Counted from the stretch's first letter, positions 21,232-34,330 are shown. The stretch: 64,000 nt of DNA from an uncultured bacterium (GCA_963749495.1 CAVVMW010000022.1:64001-128000), one strand, 5' to 3'. Numbers and translations are program-made. The notes: generated from the letters alone by a model not told the origin.

Positions 21232-21372
21232 GGGGGAGGCGGAGTTGTCAGTCTGTCAGGTGGGCCCGATGGTCGGACAGGTCGGACGGGTCGGACGGGT
21301 CGGCGCCTGCGGCCCTCTGACCCTCTCAGGGTCGCAGGCGCCAAGGTTGGGTTGCGGCCCTTTGGCGCGGGG

Positions 21373-22245
21373 TTAGACCTTGCCCATCTTCTTGAGCGCC
21401 TCGAAGCTGCGGCGGACGGCGTCCAACGGGTCCTTGCCGGACTCGTGTTCGAGGATGTACCACTCGGTCCGGCCCTGGGTCTCGCACAGGGCGAAGACCT
21501 CCGGCCAATGGATGGCGTCCTCGCCGATGACGGCATCGGGTCCGCCGCCGTAGGCCTTGATGTGTATGGTGCGCGCGCGGCCGGGATATTGCTTGAGCAC
21601 GGCCACGGGGTCGGCCTTGCCGTCGCAACAGTTGGCGGTGTCCAACTGCATGATCACCTCCGGCTTGGTATTGCCGAAGAAGAGGTCCCAGGCCGAGATG
21701 CCGTCGAATTTCTCGAAGTCATGGGCATGGGCGTGATAGCCGATCCACATCCCCTCGGGCTTCACCTTGTCGGCCAGTTCGTTGAAGAGTTTGGCCTTGT
21801 CCAGCCATTCCTGTTTGGACTTGCCCTCCATCCAGGGGACGATCAGGAACCTGTTGCCGAGGACCCGGTTGAACTCAATGGTTGCCTTGAGCTTGTCGCC
21901 CAGGACCGTTTCGTAGGGGGTGTGGGTGCCGCAGGCGACCAGGCCGTTGTCGTCGAGCATCTTGCGCAACTGGGGTGCCGTGCGGTCGTGGTAGCCGGCA
22001 AACTCGACGCCCTTGTAGCCGATCTTCGACACGGCAGCCAGCATGCCGGGCAGGTCCGTCCGGCATTGCTCGCGCAGGGAGTAAAGCTGCAAGCCGAGCG
22101 GTATCTTCTTGGCCTGGCCGCCCTTGCTCCCGCCGCAGCAACAGCAGGAACAACCCGCCAAACCCATGCCCAGGCCGGCCATACCGACAGCGCTGGCCAG
22201 CAAAAACTCGCGGCGCGTGACCGCAGGGAATGAAATGTGCTTCAT
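21373..22245 (-). CDS. Tat-exported sugar phosphate isomerase/epimerase
   Basis: TRREFL Tat motif; GLQLYSLR, GYKGVEFAG, QLDT, HIK, EHE. Confidence 0.88.
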   Translation of the reverse strand: MKHISFPAVTRREFLLASAVGMAGLGMGLAGCSCCCCGGSKGGQAKKIPLGLQLYSLREQCRTDLPGMLAAVSKIGYKGVEFAGYHDRTAPQLRKMLDDNGLVACGTHTPYETVLGDKLKATIEFNRVLGNRFLIVPWMEGKSKQEWLDKAKLFNELADKVKPEGMWIGYHAHAHDFEKFDGISAWDLFFGNTKPEVIMQLDTANCCDGKADPVAVLKQYPGRARTIHIKAYGGGPDAVIGEDAIHWPEVFALCETQGRTEWYILEHESGKDPLDAVRRSFEALKKMGKV

Positions 22246-22378
22246 AGACGATCCTTTTGCTTCTGGTTGAGTGGTTGTGTTCGAGCCAACAAACGACATG
22301 ACGGGACCGACCCTATACTGAATCCGGCCCAACCGTCCAGCGATTATGCGCCACAGGGGCAAGGCGGGCGCTGCCCCC

Positions 22379-22488
22379 GGAGTGCGCCCGTCCCCGGGCG
22401 CAGCATCGACGGAACGGGCAGGCGTGCCGGAGTACTTGACCGCTGCCCCGGCTGCGGACGTTGCTGCGCCCGAGGACGGGCGCACCCC
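22379..22488. repeat. REP-like palindrome, family F (GGAGTGCGCCCGTCCCCGGGCGCAGCA...TGCTGCGCCCGAGGACGGGCGCACCCC)
   Basis: Long imperfect inverted repeat in a divergent intergenic region. Confidence 0.75.
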
Positions 22489-22615
22489 GGGGGCGAGCTC
22501 CGGACACCCTTGCACTCCCATTTTCCAGAAAACAATTATTGCGCCCAGATGGTTCTTGTGTACACACTATTCAAATTTAGTGCGGCCTAGAGCGGAGAGG
22601 CGAATCTCCAGAGAA

Positions 22616-25600
22616 ATGACCAGAAGCACAGAAAACAAGAAGGCGAACAAGGTGGCGGGGCGGACGGGGTTGCCACCCAGGACGGGTCTCTACGACCCGC
22701 AATTCGAGCATGAGTCGTGCGGGGTGGGTTTCGTGGTGAATATCAAGGGCCGCAAGTCGCACGGGATTATCCGGCAGGCGCTTGAGGCGCTGTTGAACCT
22801 GGACCACCGCGGGGCGTGCGGCTGCGAGGCCAACACGGGGGACGGGGCGGGCATCCTCATCCAGACGCCGCACGAGTTCCTCAAGCTGGTGGCGCGGGAG
22901 GGCAGAGTCTCTTTGCCTGGCCCGGGCGCCTACGGGGTCGGCATGGTCTTCCTGCCCGCCCAGGCCGCCCAGCGGGCGGAGTGTGAAAAGATCTTCGCCG
23001 AGATCGTGGCCGAGGAGGGGCAGGAGGTCCTGGGCTGGCGCACCATCCCCACCAACAATTGCCCCGTCGGCGACACCGCCCGGGCCGGCGAACCGTTCAT
23101 GCGGCAGGTGTTCATCGCCCGGAACGACAAGCTGGCCGACGACATGGCTTTCGAGCGCAAGCTCTACGTCATCCGCAAGCGGGTGGAGAACGCCATCCGC
23201 TACTCCGGCAAGGTGGAGGGCGGCGACTTTTTCTACGTCTCCAGCCTCTCCTATAAGACGCTCATCTACAAGGGGATGCTGCTGACGACGCAATTGCAGG
23301 AGTATTACCCGGACCTGCTGCACCCGGCGATGGCCTCGGCCCTGGCGCTGGTCCACTCGCGCTTCAGCACCAACACCTTCCCGAGCTGGAACCGGGCCCA
23401 CCCGTATCGCTACATGGCCCACAACGGGGAGATCAACACCCTGCGCGGCAACATCAACTGGATGCACGCCCGCCAGGCCATGTTCGAGTCCGACCTCTTC
23501 GGCGACGACATCAAGAAGCTCCTGCCGGTGGTGTGCACCGACGGCAGCGACTCGGCCATGTTCGACAACTGCCTGGAGTTGCTGGTGCTGGCCGGGCGCT
23601 CGCTGCCCCATGCCATGATGATGATGATCCCGGAGCCGTGGACCAAGGACCAGAGCATGACCCCGGAGAAGAAGGCCTTTTACGAGTATCATTCCTGCCT
23701 CATGGAGCCGTGGGACGGCCCCGCCTCGATCGCCTTCACCGACGGCAGGAAGATCGGCGCCGTGCTCGACCGCAACGGGCTGCGCCCCTCCCGCTATTAC
23801 GTCACCAAGGACGACCTGGTCATCATGGCCAGCGAGGTCGGTGTGCTGGACATCCCCGCCGAGCGGGTCCTGCAGAAGGGCCGCCTGCAGCCGGGGCGCA
23901 TGTTCCTGATTGACACCGAGGAGGGCCGGATCGTCGCGGACGAGGAGCTCAAGCAGAAGATCTCCTCCGAGCAACCCTACCGCCAGTGGCTGGACCGGAA
24001 CCTGGTCCGGCTGGCGGACGTGCCGGATCCGGGCGTGCTGGCCGGGCCGGCGCACCAGACGGTCCTCCAGCGGCAGGTCGCCTTTGGATACACGTTCGAG
24101 GACCTGCGCATCCTCATGCTGCCCATGGCGCGGGACGGGGCCGAGGCGGTGGGCTCGATGGGGACCGACACGCCCTTGGCCGTGCTCTCGAACCGGCCGC
24201 AGTTGCTCTTCAACTATTTCAAGCAGCTCTTCGCCCAGGTCACCAATCCCCCCGTGGATTGCATCCGCGAGGAGATCATCATGTCCACCGAGACGGCGAT
24301 CGGCTCGGAGCGCAACCTGCTCCAGCCGGCCCCCGAGCACGCGCGGCTCATCGAGCTCAAGTCGCCCATCCTCACCAACGAAGAATTTGCCAAGCTCAAG
24401 CACCTGGACCTGCCCGGGTTCAAATCCATCACGCTGCCGATCCTCTTCAAGGCCGCCGACGGCCCGGCCGGCCTGGAGAAGGCTATGGACCAGTTGTGCG
24501 CCAAGGTGAGCCGGGCAATTGCCGAGGGCTTCAACGTGGTGGTGCTCTCGGACCGGGCCATCTCGGCCCAATGGGCGCCCATCCCGTCATTGCTGGCCGT
24601 GGGCGGGGTACACCATCACCTCATCCGGGAGGGCACCCGCACGCGCGTGGGCCTGATGCTCGAGTCCGGCGAGCCGCGCGAGGTCCACCATTTCTCGCTG
24701 CTCATCAGCTATGGCTGCGGCGCCATCAACCCTTACCTCGCCTTCGAGACGCTCGACGACATGCTGCGCCAGGGCCTGCTCGAGGGCATGGACCACAAGA
24801 CCGCCTGCAAGAACTACCTCAAGGCCGCCATGAAAGGCGTGGTCAAGGTCATCTCCAAGATGGGCATCTCGACCATCCAGAGCTATTGGGGCGCCCAGAT
24901 CTTCGAGGCGCTCGGGCTCCAACAGCCGTTCATTGACCGCTACTTCACCTGGACGCCCTCCCGCGTCGAGGGCGTGGGCATCGAAGTCATCGCCCAGGAA
25001 GCCCTGGCCCGCCATGAACACGCCTTTCCGGACCGCCCGGCCAACGGCCACGCCCTGGACTCCGGCGGCCAATACCAGTGGCGCGAGGACGGCGAATTCC
25101 ACCTCTTCAATCCCCAGACGATTCACAAGCTCCAGGCCGCCGCGCGCATTGGCAGCTTCAAGATCTTCCAGGAGTATTCCGCCCTGGTCAACGAGCAGAG
25201 CAAGAACCTCGCCACCCTGCGCGGCTTGCTCGACTTCAAGAAGGTCAAACCTGTCCCCCTGGACGAGGTCGAGTCGGTCGAGTCCATCCTGAAGCGGTTC
25301 AAGACCGGGGCCATGAGTTACGGCTCGATCAGCCAGGAGGCCCACGAGACCCTGGCCATCGCCATGAACCGCATCGGGGGCAAGAGCAATACCGGCGAGG
25401 GCGGCGAGGACCCGGCCCGCTATGCCCCGCTGCCCAACGGCGACTCCAGCAACAGCGCCATCAAACAAGTCGCCTCCGGCCGCTTTGGCGTCACCAGCCA
25501 ATACCTGGTCAACGCCAAGGAACTCCAGATCAAGATGGCCCAGGGCGCCAAGCCGGGCGAAGGCGGGCAGTTGCCGGGACAAAAGGTCTATCCGTGGATT

Positions 25601-27253
25601 GCCAAGGTGCGGTATTCCACTCCCGGTGTCGGCCTGATCTCTCCGCCGCCCCACCACGACATCTACTCGATCGAGGACCTGGCCGAACTCATCCACGATT
25701 TGAAGAACGCCAATCACCACGCGCGCATCAGCGTCAAGCTGGTCTCGGAGGTGGGCGTGGGCACAATCGCGGCAGGCGTGGCCAAGGCCCACGCGGACGT
25801 GGTGCTCATCAGCGGTTACGACGGCGGGACGGGCGCCTCGCCGCAGACCGGGATCAAACACGCCGGCATCCCCTGGGAACTGGGCCTGGCCGAGACGCAC
25901 CAGACCCTGGTCCTCAACGACCTGCGCTCGCGCATCATCGTCGAGGCCGACGGCCAGATGAAGACCGGGCGGGACGTGATCATCGCGGCGCTCCTGGGCG
26001 CGGAGGAGTTTGGGTTCGCCACGGCCCCCCTGGTCGCCATGGGCTGTATCATGATGCGCGTCTGCCACCTCAACACCTGCCCGGCCGGCGTGGCCACGCA
26101 GGACCCCGAGCTGCGCAAACGCTTTGCCGGCAAGCCCGAGCACGTGGTCAATTTCATGCGCATGATCGCCCAGGAAGTCCGCGAGTTGATGGCCCAGCTC
26201 GGCTTCCGCCAGATGAACAAGATGATCGGGCGCGTGGACCGCCTGGAAGCCAGGAAGGCCATCGAACATTGGAAGGCCAAGGGGCTGGACTACACCAGGC
26301 TTTTGCACCAGCCGGAAGTGTCGGCCAGCGTCGGCCGCTTCTGCCAGATCGGCCAGCAGCACGGCCTCGAAAAGGCCCTCGACAACACGGTCCTGCGGCG
26401 CCTGTGCGCCCCGGCCATCGAAGCGAAGGAAAAAGTTGCGGCCGTGCTCCCCATCCGCAACGTCCACCGCGTCGTCGGGACCATCGTCGGCAGCGAGATC
26501 TCCAGGCGCTGGGGCGCCGAGGGCCTGCCCGAGGACACCATCGAGATCCACTTCGCCGGCAGCGCCGGCCAGAGCTTCGGCGCATTCATGCCCAAGGGGA
26601 TGACCTTCTACCTCGAAGGCGATTCCAACGATTACCTGGGCAAGGGCCTGTCTGGCGGCAAGCTCATCGTCTATCCTCCGGGAGAATCCACCTTCGTCCC
26701 CGAGGAGAACATCATCATCGGCAACGTCGCCCTCTACGGGGCGACCGGCGGCCAGGCCTACATCTGCGGCATGGCCGGCGAGCGATTCGGCGTCCGCAAC
26801 AGCGGCGTCCAGGCCGTCGTCGAATCCGTCGGCGACCATGGTTGCGAATACATGACCGGTGGGTGCGTGGTGGTGCTGGGGCCGACCGGCCGCAATTTCG
26901 CCGCCGGCATGTCCGGGGGCCTGGCCTACGTCCTGGACGAGGCCGGGGATTTTCCGGGCCGCTGCAACCAGCAGATGGTCGGGCTGGAAAAACTGGAGGA
27001 CCCGGATGAAACCGAGCTGGTCTGGAAGCTAATCCAGCGCCACCAGTTCTACACCGGCAGCGCCCGCGCCGCCCGCATCCTGGCCCGCTGGAGCCAGATG
27101 GTCCCGTTGTTCGTCAAGGTCATTCCCAAGGACTACAAGCGCGTTCTCCAGGCGCTCCAGCGCGTCCAGAGCACGGGCCTGACCGGCGAGCAAGCCATCA
27201 TGGCCGCCTTCGAAGAAAATGCCCGCGACACCGCCCGCATCGGCGGCGGCTGA
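22616..27253 (+). CDS. gltB: glutamate synthase large subunit
   Basis: [51 protein letters not shown] domain. Confidence 0.98.
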   Translation: MTRSTENKKANKVAGRTGLPPRTGLYDPQFEHESCGVGFVVNIKGRKSHGIIRQALEALLNLDHRGACGCEANTGDGAGILIQTPHEFLKLVAREGRVSLPGPGAYGVGMVFLPAQAAQRAECEKIFAEIVAEEGQEVLGWRTIPTNNCPVGDTARAGEPFMRQVFIARNDKLADDMAFERKLYVIRKRVENAIRYSGKVEGGDFFYVSSLSYKTLIYKGMLLTTQLQEYYPDLLHPAMASALALVHSRFSTNTFPSWNRAHPYRYMAHNGEINTLRGNINWMHARQAMFESDLFGDDIKKLLPVVCTDGSDSAMFDNCLELLVLAGRSLPHAMMMMIPEPWTKDQSMTPEKKAFYEYHSCLMEPWDGPASIAFTDGRKIGAVLDRNGLRPSRYYVTKDDLVIMASEVGVLDIPAERVLQKGRLQPGRMFLIDTEEGRIVADEELKQKISSEQPYRQWLDRNLVRLADVPDPGVLAGPAHQTVLQRQVAFGYTFEDLRILMLPMARDGAEAVGSMGTDTPLAVLSNRPQLLFNYFKQLFAQVTNPPVDCIREEIIMSTETAIGSERNLLQPAPEHARLIELKSPILTNEEFAKLKHLDLPGFKSITLPILFKAADGPAGLEKAMDQLCAKVSRAIAEGFNVVVLSDRAISAQWAPIPSLLAVGGVHHHLIREGTRTRVGLMLESGEPREVHHFSLLISYGCGAINPYLAFETLDDMLRQGLLEGMDHKTACKNYLKAAMKGVVKVISKMGISTIQSYWGAQIFEALGLQQPFIDRYFTWTPSRVEGVGIEVIAQEALARHEHAFPDRPANGHALDSGGQYQWREDGEFHLFNPQTIHKLQAAARIGSFKIFQEYSALVNEQSKNLATLRGLLDFKKVKPVPLDEVESVESILKRFKTGAMSYGSISQEAHETLAIAMNRIGGKSNTGEGGEDPARYAPLPNGDSSNSAIKQVASGRFGVTSQYLVNAKELQIKMAQGAKPGEGGQLPGQKVYPWIAKVRYSTPGVGLISPPPHHDIYSIEDLAELIHDLKNANHHARISVKLVSEVGVGTIAAGVAKAHADVVLISGYDGGTGASPQTGIKHAGIPWELGLAETHQTLVLNDLRSRIIVEADGQMKTGRDVIIAALLGAEEFGFATAPLVAMGCIMMRVCHLNTCPAGVATQDPELRKRFAGKPEHVVNFMRMIAQEVRELMAQLGFRQMNKMIGRVDRLEARKAIEHWKAKGLDYTRLLHQPEVSASVGRFCQIGQQHGLEKALDNTVLRRLCAPAIEAKEKVAAVLPIRNVHRVVGTIVGSEISRRWGAEGLPEDTIEIHFAGSAGQSFGAFMPKGMTFYLEGDSNDYLGKGLSGGKLIVYPPGESTFVPEENIIIGNVALYGATGGQAYICGMAGERFGVRNSGVQAVVESVGDHGCEYMTGGCVVVLGPTGRNFAAGMSGGLAYVLDEAGDFPGRCNQQMVGLEKLEDPDETELVWKLIQRHQFYTGSARAARILARWSQMVPLFVKVIPKDYKRVLQALQRVQSTGLTGEQAIMAAFEENARDTARIGGG

Positions 27254-27260
27254 CCTTTCC

Positions 27261-28744
<1,484 letters not shown>

Positions 28745-28811
28745 CCGGGAAATTTCACACTTCTGGTAGGGCGCACAGTCTGTCGCCGTTTCCATCGGGG
28801 AAATATTCGGG

Positions 28812-29189
28812 CTAGTAATCCAGCCGGCGCAGCCCGCGCACGCGGTCGAAGGCAGTATCACGACTGACAACCGGCTGGCCGTAATAGCGACAAAAGCCCG
28901 CGATCCAGTTGTCATTTTCCCCGAGCCGCTGCCCCCGTTCAATGAGTTCCCTGTCCACGGACGCTGCGGCAAAGGCAATTTCCGGCGTCAACCGGAGCTG
29001 CCGATAGCGGGCTAACAGGGGCCTCGCCTCCCCCGGGTTACGATACATCGCCGCGGTTTCGCCGACCGAAATCACCGTGATCAAGAAGGGCTGGTTCCGG
29101 TGGGCCGCCAGAAACGCCTGCGCGCCGCGCGGCCGGCCGTCCACCTGTTCTTGGAGCAGATCGCTTAGGAAGGTTGTATCGCAGATCAT
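28812..29189 (-). CDS. PIN-domain (VapC) toxin
   Basis: MICDTTFL, GE, ND.WIA, SRD..F.RV.GL acidic PIN pattern. Confidence 0.88.
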   Translation of the reverse strand: MICDTTFLSDLLQEQVDGRPRGAQAFLAAHRNQPFLITVISVGETAAMYRNPGEARPLLARYRQLRLTPEIAFAAASVDRELIERGQRLGENDNWIAGFCRYYGQPVVSRDTAFDRVRGLRRLDY

Positions 29190-29419
29190 TTCATCCCCCG
29201 GGGTGATCGCCGGCCGCGCCCTCCAAGCACCGCCGCCATCCACTTGGGGTCGGGCGCCGGCACCCGCATCTTCTTCAATCCGTCGAGCACGTTGCCGCAG
29301 GTCTCCCAGGGTTCAGGCAGGGCCCGCAAAATGACATCCGAAAAGCTCTCGCCAGGCGCTTTGAGCTTTTTCAGCCGGGCGTAGGCCTCGGTCCGAACAG
29401 TGAGGGTTTTGTACGACAT
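29186..29419 (-). CDS. VapB-type antitoxin
   Basis: KTLTVRTEAYARLKKLKAPGESFSDVILR; ATGA overlap with the toxin; TTGCCG-17-TATTTT upstream. Confidence 0.85.
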   Translation of the reverse strand: MSYKTLTVRTEAYARLKKLKAPGESFSDVILRALPEPWETCGNVLDGLKKMRVPAPDPKWMAAVLGGRGRRSPRGMK

Positions 29420-29519
29420 AATGCACAAAAAATACACGAGAAATCTCGGCACGGCAAGACCCGGGGCGGGGCCCAAATCCTCGCTTGCCTGGCGCACCCG
29501 CCTGTGCCATATAGCGGGC

Positions 29520-29612
29520 ATGAACCTGGCTCGAATCCGGGAGCGCCTGAGCAACGGGTTTCGCCCCTTTGTCGTCGGATTGACCAACGGCCAGCGCTTG
29601 GCAATCGCTTGA
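29520..29612 (+). pseudogene. truncated small protein (MNLARIRERLSNGFRPFVVGLTNGQRL)
   Basis: Preceded by TTGCCT-17-CATATA-6-ATG; resembles the N-terminus of small 'PFRPF..L.DG' proteins; stops after 30 aa. Confidence 0.45.
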
Positions 29613-29645
29613 TTGCCCTGGCATGCACCTGTAGGTTGTCGCAGC

Positions 29646-32462
29646 TCAGGGATTCTGAGTCTGGCCCAAGGCCTTCGCCAGGGTTAATGCATCCAGGTAC
29701 TCCTCGTCTTGATTCGCGTAGAGCACATCCAGGACGGCTGGGGTGCCGGGTGAAAGCGCCAATAGCCGCGCCAGAGCCTCCGGGTTGCGGGCAGAATAGA
29801 TTGGCCCATGCGCATCCCACATCTTGCCCGCGAAGTCGTTGTGAGATGCGGCGACAAGCCACAGGCCGATCTTGTCCTTGAGCCGCGCGGCAGTTGCGGC
29901 AGCAAGGGGGTCTTGTCCGGGAATGGCAGTGCTCACCGCCAGTTTCAGATTGGGCGCGCCGATGCGGTCGAGCCATTCAAAGCCTTCAGCCAGGCTCCAG
30001 GGCGGCTTGCCGAAACCGACGCGGAGGTGCAGCGTCACGCCGCGCTCTGCCGCCTGGCCTGCCAGGGCCTTGAGTGTGGCGGTGAACGCCGCCCGCGTCT
30101 GGTCATCGGTGAAGTTGTTTTCCGGGTAACGGTGAAGCGAGAGAATCAGGTCTTTGGCGCCAAGGGCTTCCATCTTGCCCAACACATCCTTGATGGCAGC
30201 CATGCTGTTTGTGTAGTCCTCGTGCAGGTTGTCAATCAGCCGCAGCGCCGGGTAAAGATCTGCGCCCGAACTCAAGTCCACAACAATGCGGACCCCCTGG
30301 CGCTTAAGCCAGCCGTGTTCCTTTTGGAGCGCCGCCTTTTCCCGTTCGTGCAAGTAGGACCAGTCCGCGCAAACCCCGTCGAAGTGCTCGAAGAACGTGG
30401 GCCGCGCCAGTATCTCCTGCTTGATGGAGGTTGCACGGCGCAGCGGCAAGAGCCGGCCCCGTGGCCGCGACGGCGGGGCCTGGTGCTGGATTTCCTCGAC
30501 CTCGGTCTCCTGGACCTTCACGGCAAAGATGCGGACATCGCCTCCCGCAATCGTGCTCGCGGCACTCTTGCCGAGCTTCGACCCATCCACAACCTCGGGT
30601 GTTTGCCCGGGGACGCCTGCCTCCGGCGTGTCGAGCGGGAGTTCGCGAACGGACTCAATCTTGCCGCAGAGTGATTCCAGGCGGAACGGCTGCTCGCGCC
30701 AGGTGTTGTTGGCTATGCCGATCGTGTATTCACTGGCGCGCTTGCGGCAGGTGATCACGCTGAGCCCTTCCCCTTGCACCGCGAAGAGCTGCTGTGAGCG
30801 CAGGATCGCTTCCAGGCCAAGCCGCACGTCCGGGGCCAGCTTGAACGGCTTGGGCAACGGCTTATCCGTCTCGCTGCGGAGGCCTGGACCCACTGTGGCG
30901 TCGGGCTCCACGCCGAACGGGCTCGCGAAGACCGTCACCCGGCCGCGCCCGCAAGCGACGGTCGAGTTTCCGCTCACATTCGTGATGCCCGCGATGCCGC
31001 CAGGGAGCTTCATGAGGTTGTCGGCGGTCATGACCACGTGGCCGCCCCGCTCGGCGCAAGCCTGCAATTTATCGCGCACCTCGCGTCCGCCGCCGAGTTC
31101 ACCGGCGACGATCACCACCGCATACCGGTCGAGGGCCCAGGGTGGCGCGTCGCTCAGCAAGCAGTCGGCGATGTCACCATAGGGCGTCGGGGCGAGGAAG
31201 CCGGATTCGTCGTGGAAATAGGAGGAGTTCTGGTAGCCCGGGTAAAGCAGGTCGAGCAGCGCGTCGGTGAGGAAATCACCGGCTTCGTAGGGCCGGTTGC
31301 CCCAGACGCGATAGACATCCCCCGAGTAGAGATGCCGCGGAAAGGACCAGCCGGCGTAAAAGTCCACCAGCAGCGCCACCGGCGTGTGCGTCACGCCCGG
31401 TTGCCCGTTTTCCTTCACCCACCGTTGCGCGGATTGCTGGATGCGGCCGATGGGCGTGAGCTTGTCGCCTTCAATCCAGCCGCTCTCGAACCCCACGGCC
31501 ACACAGTTGTAAAGGATGTGCGAATAGAGCAGCCGCTTCAGCAGGCTCAGGCTGGTTCCCTTGGCGGGGCCGTGAATCTCGCCGCCGCTGCCGCCCGACG
31601 AGCCGTAAGTCTTGTAGCCCCAACGGTTCCAGACCGAAGCATTGCCGAACCACGGCACCCCGTATTGCCGGCCCGCGCCGCGGATGAAAGCGTAATAGAC
31701 CTGGTTGTTGGGCAGCCCCTGCGCCGTCTCCGCGCCAATGAGCGTGTAAGTGCCCTCCTTCAGGAAGTAATGGCCGAAATTCAACGAGACCAGCGCGGCG
31801 TGCTTATGGCCCAGGTCGTCGCCCATCCGCTCGAAGTGACGCTGGAAATTCAGGTACTGCTCGAACCGGCTGGCCGAAGCCGGCGTCATCTGGCTCGCGT
31901 AGCCGCCGATGTAACGCCCGTCCTGCTCGCCGATGTCCATGCCGAGCCAGCGCTCGCCCAGCTTGGCTTCCAGCATCGGCAAAGCGCCCGCGGGAGGCGT
32001 GAATTGCTGCCAATATCCGCCCGGCCCCGAGCCGGGCACGTAGCCCCAGAGGTCGAACAGGTAGAGGTCGCGGCGTCTGATCTCATCGGCAAGGTCGCAA
32101 AGGTTGGTGGCGAAGATCGTCGAGTAGGACGGCCAGATAACGTCCCCGAGTTCATAGGTGTGAGTGTACTTCTCGAGTTCCTCTGCAAAGCCGACGAGCC
32201 GGCCACCCTGCTCCCCAAAGCCGCGCAGGCAGGTGAACTGCGTGCGGTTCTTGAACGTCTCCCATGTCGGTGGTTTCACCGCGCGCCGGTTGTAATCGGG
32301 ATGCTCGCGCGGAGCCAGCAGATGACTATAGACGCGGTGCGCATTCGTCGCGGCTGGCACAGCGGCCGCCTCGGCTTGTGCCCCTCGCCCGGGCGCCGCT
32401 TGCAGCCCGACGGCGATGATTAAGACCGCGCAACGCACCCGGATCCTTGCCGTCAATTTCAT
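29646..32462 (-). CDS. large secreted hypothetical protein, GH-like N-terminal part and C-terminal isomerase-like TIM barrel
   Basis: Signal peptide; GEQDGRY, AETAQG, FIRGAGRQYG; aromatic-rich. Confidence 0.7.
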   Translation of the reverse strand: MKLTARIRVRCAVLIIAVGLQAAPGRGAQAEAAAVPAATNAHRVYSHLLAPREHPDYNRRAVKPPTWETFKNRTQFTCLRGFGEQGGRLVGFAEELEKYTHTYELGDVIWPSYSTIFATNLCDLADEIRRRDLYLFDLWGYVPGSGPGGYWQQFTPPAGALPMLEAKLGERWLGMDIGEQDGRYIGGYASQMTPASASRFEQYLNFQRHFERMGDDLGHKHAALVSLNFGHYFLKEGTYTLIGAETAQGLPNNQVYYAFIRGAGRQYGVPWFGNASVWNRWGYKTYGSSGGSGGEIHGPAKGTSLSLLKRLLYSHILYNCVAVGFESGWIEGDKLTPIGRIQQSAQRWVKENGQPGVTHTPVALLVDFYAGWSFPRHLYSGDVYRVWGNRPYEAGDFLTDALLDLLYPGYQNSSYFHDESGFLAPTPYGDIADCLLSDAPPWALDRYAVVIVAGELGGGREVRDKLQACAERGGHVVMTADNLMKLPGGIAGITNVSGNSTVACGRGRVTVFASPFGVEPDATVGPGLRSETDKPLPKPFKLAPDVRLGLEAILRSQQLFAVQGEGLSVITCRKRASEYTIGIANNTWREQPFRLESLCGKIESVRELPLDTPEAGVPGQTPEVVDGSKLGKSAASTIAGGDVRIFAVKVQETEVEEIQHQAPPSRPRGRLLPLRRATSIKQEILARPTFFEHFDGVCADWSYLHEREKAALQKEHGWLKRQGVRIVVDLSSGADLYPALRLIDNLHEDYTNSMAAIKDVLGKMEALGAKDLILSLHRYPENNFTDDQTRAAFTATLKALAGQAAERGVTLHLRVGFGKPPWSLAEGFEWLDRIGAPNLKLAVSTAIPGQDPLAAATAARLKDKIGLWLVAASHNDFAGKMWDAHGPIYSARNPEALARLLALSPGTPAVLDVLYANQDEEYLDALTLAKALGQTQNP

Positions 32463-32614
32463 GTCGTCGGCGAATCTACCACAACCCTGCGGAGTTTGGC
32501 CAGGGTGTGGCGGTCCCAGCAAGATGTGCGCCCACGGAACCAGAGCGGCAGGCGCACAAAGATGGCGTGAAGGTTGCCCGCCGCGTTTTCCTGACGTAAG
32601 CTGAGCGGCCGTTG

Positions 32615-34330
32615 ATGAAGGAAAGAGTCACAGAACGGCCGATGCGTGTCGGCATGATCTCCCTGGGCTGCGCCAAGAACCTGGTGGACGCCGAGATCAT
32701 GCTCGGCACGCTGCTGCAGGAGGGCGTCGAGATCACCAGCGAGACCTCCCAGGCGGACGTGCTCATCATCAACACCTGCTCGTTTATCGATTCGGCGCAG
32801 AAGGAGAGCGTGGACACCATCCTCGAGTCCGCCGCGGTGCGCGAGGCGCGCCATCGCGGCCAGGGCCTGATCGTGGCCGGCTGCCTGCCGCAACGGTTTG
32901 GCGATGAGTTGCCCAGGCTGCTGCCCGAGGTGGATGCCTTCATGGGCATTGACCAGGTCACGAAGATCACTGAAGTGGTCAAACAGGCCTTGGCCAAACG
33001 CGCGACCAGGCTCGGCTTGTCCTCCGACCCCCGTCCTCCGTCCTCCGACCTCCGGCTTCCGTCCTCCGGCCCCCGGCTTCCGTCCTCCGTCCTCCGGCTT
33101 CCGGCTTCCGGCCTCCGACCTCCGGCCTCCGGCCTCCGACCTCCGGTTTCCGGCCTCCGACCTCCGGCCTCCGGCCTCCGACCTCCGGCTTCCGTCCTCC
33201 GTCCTCCGGCCTCCGCCCTCCGCCCTCGCTACATCCCGGACTACGCCACGGCACGCTTCCGGCTGACGCCGCCTCAGTTTGCCTACGTCAAGATTGCCGA
33301 GGGGTGCAATCACCCGTGCAGCTTTTGCATTATCCCGCGAATTCGCGGCTCGCACCGGAGCCGTCCCCAGGCCGACATCCTTGCCGAGGCGCGCGCCTTG
33401 CTGGACGAGGGGGTGAAGGAGCTAAACCTGATTTCGCAGGACTCGACCTATTACGGCCTGGACCTGCGCCCGCAACACAGCCGCGCCCTCGCCTCGCCGG
33501 ACAAGTTCGGCGCCGCCCTCAAGGCGCTGGCCCCGGCCTCCACCACCCTCTGCACCTTGCTGCGCGAGTTGAATGCTGTGCCCGGCGATTTCTGGATTCG
33601 CCTCCTCTATACCCACCCGGCCCACTGGACCGATGACCTCATCCGGACCATCGCCCAGTGTCCCAAAGTCGCCCGTTACGTGGACATCCCCCTCCAGCAC
33701 ATCCATGCGAACATGCTGGAGCGCATGCGGCGAGAGACCTCCCCGCAATACATCATCGAACTCCTGCGCCGGATTCGCGCGGGCATCCCGGGCATCGCCC
33801 TGCGCACCACGTTCATTGTCGGCTTCCCCGGCGAGACCGAGGAGTGCTTCCAGACCCTGCTGGACTTCATCCGCGCGGCCAGGTTCGAGCGGTTGGGCGT
33901 GTTCACCTACTCCCAGCAGGAGGGCACTCGCGCCGGCGCCATGGCCAGCCAGTTGCCCGAGAAGGTCAAACGCCGCCGCCGCGGCCTGGCCATGGCCGCC
34001 CAGCACCAGGTGGCCGTCCAGGTGGCCGAGTCCTTCGTGGGCCGCACGATCAAAGTGCTCGTGGAGAACCAGGCCGGCGCCCGAGAACTCAGGCGCGCCC
34101 GCATCTCCTCATGGGAGCACGGCCTCATCCGCGGCGCCGACCGCCACGCCGCCCTCCTCCAGGGACGCTACCTGGTCGCCCGCGGCGAAGCCGACGCCCC
34201 CGACATCGACGGACGCGTCTATGTCCGAGGCCAACTCCCGCTCGGCCAGTTCGCCCAGGTCCGCATCCTGGGCCATACGGATTACGACCTGATTGGAGAA
34301 GCAGCCGCCAGCGGCCCCGGCAACCAGTGA
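32615..34330 (+). CDS. rimO: ribosomal protein S12 methylthiotransferase with a heptamer-derived linker insertion
   Basis: SLGCAKNLVDAE, NTCSFI, KIAEGCNHPCSFCIIP, RTTFIVGFPGETE, DAPDIDG. Confidence 0.95.
   Translation: MKERVTERPMRVGMISLGCAKNLVDAEIMLGTLLQEGVEITSETSQADVLIINTCSFIDSAQKESVDTILESAAVREARHRGQGLIVAGCLPQRFGDELPRLLPEVDAFMGIDQVTKITEVVKQALAKRATRLGLSSDPRPPSSDLRLPSSGPRLPSSVLRLPASGLRPPASGLRPPVSGLRPPASGLRPPASVLRPPASALRPRYIPDYATARFRLTPPQFAYVKIAEGCNHPCSFCIIPRIRGSHRSRPQADILAEARALLDEGVKELNLISQDSTYYGLDLRPQHSRALASPDKFGAALKALAPASTTLCTLLRELNAVPGDFWIRLLYTHPAHWTDDLIRTIAQCPKVARYVDIPLQHIHANMLERMRRETSPQYIIELLRRIRAGIPGIALRTTFIVGFPGETEECFQTLLDFIRAARFERLGVFTYSQQEGTRAGAMASQLPEKVKRRRRGLAMAAQHQVAVQVAESFVGRTIKVLVENQAGARELRRARISSWEHGLIRGADRHAALLQGRYLVARGEADAPDIDGRVYVRGQLPLGQFAQVRILGHTDYDLIGEAAASGPGNQ
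33021..33223. repeat. intragenic heptamer array C(C/T)TCCG(G/A/T), ~29 units
   Basis: Translated as (ASGLRPP)n-like repeats. Confidence 0.95.

Noticed and set aside
22500..22615. Nitrogen-regulator (NtrC/sigma54) site upstream of gltB
   Set aside because: Only weak half-site similarity; cannot be supported by eye.
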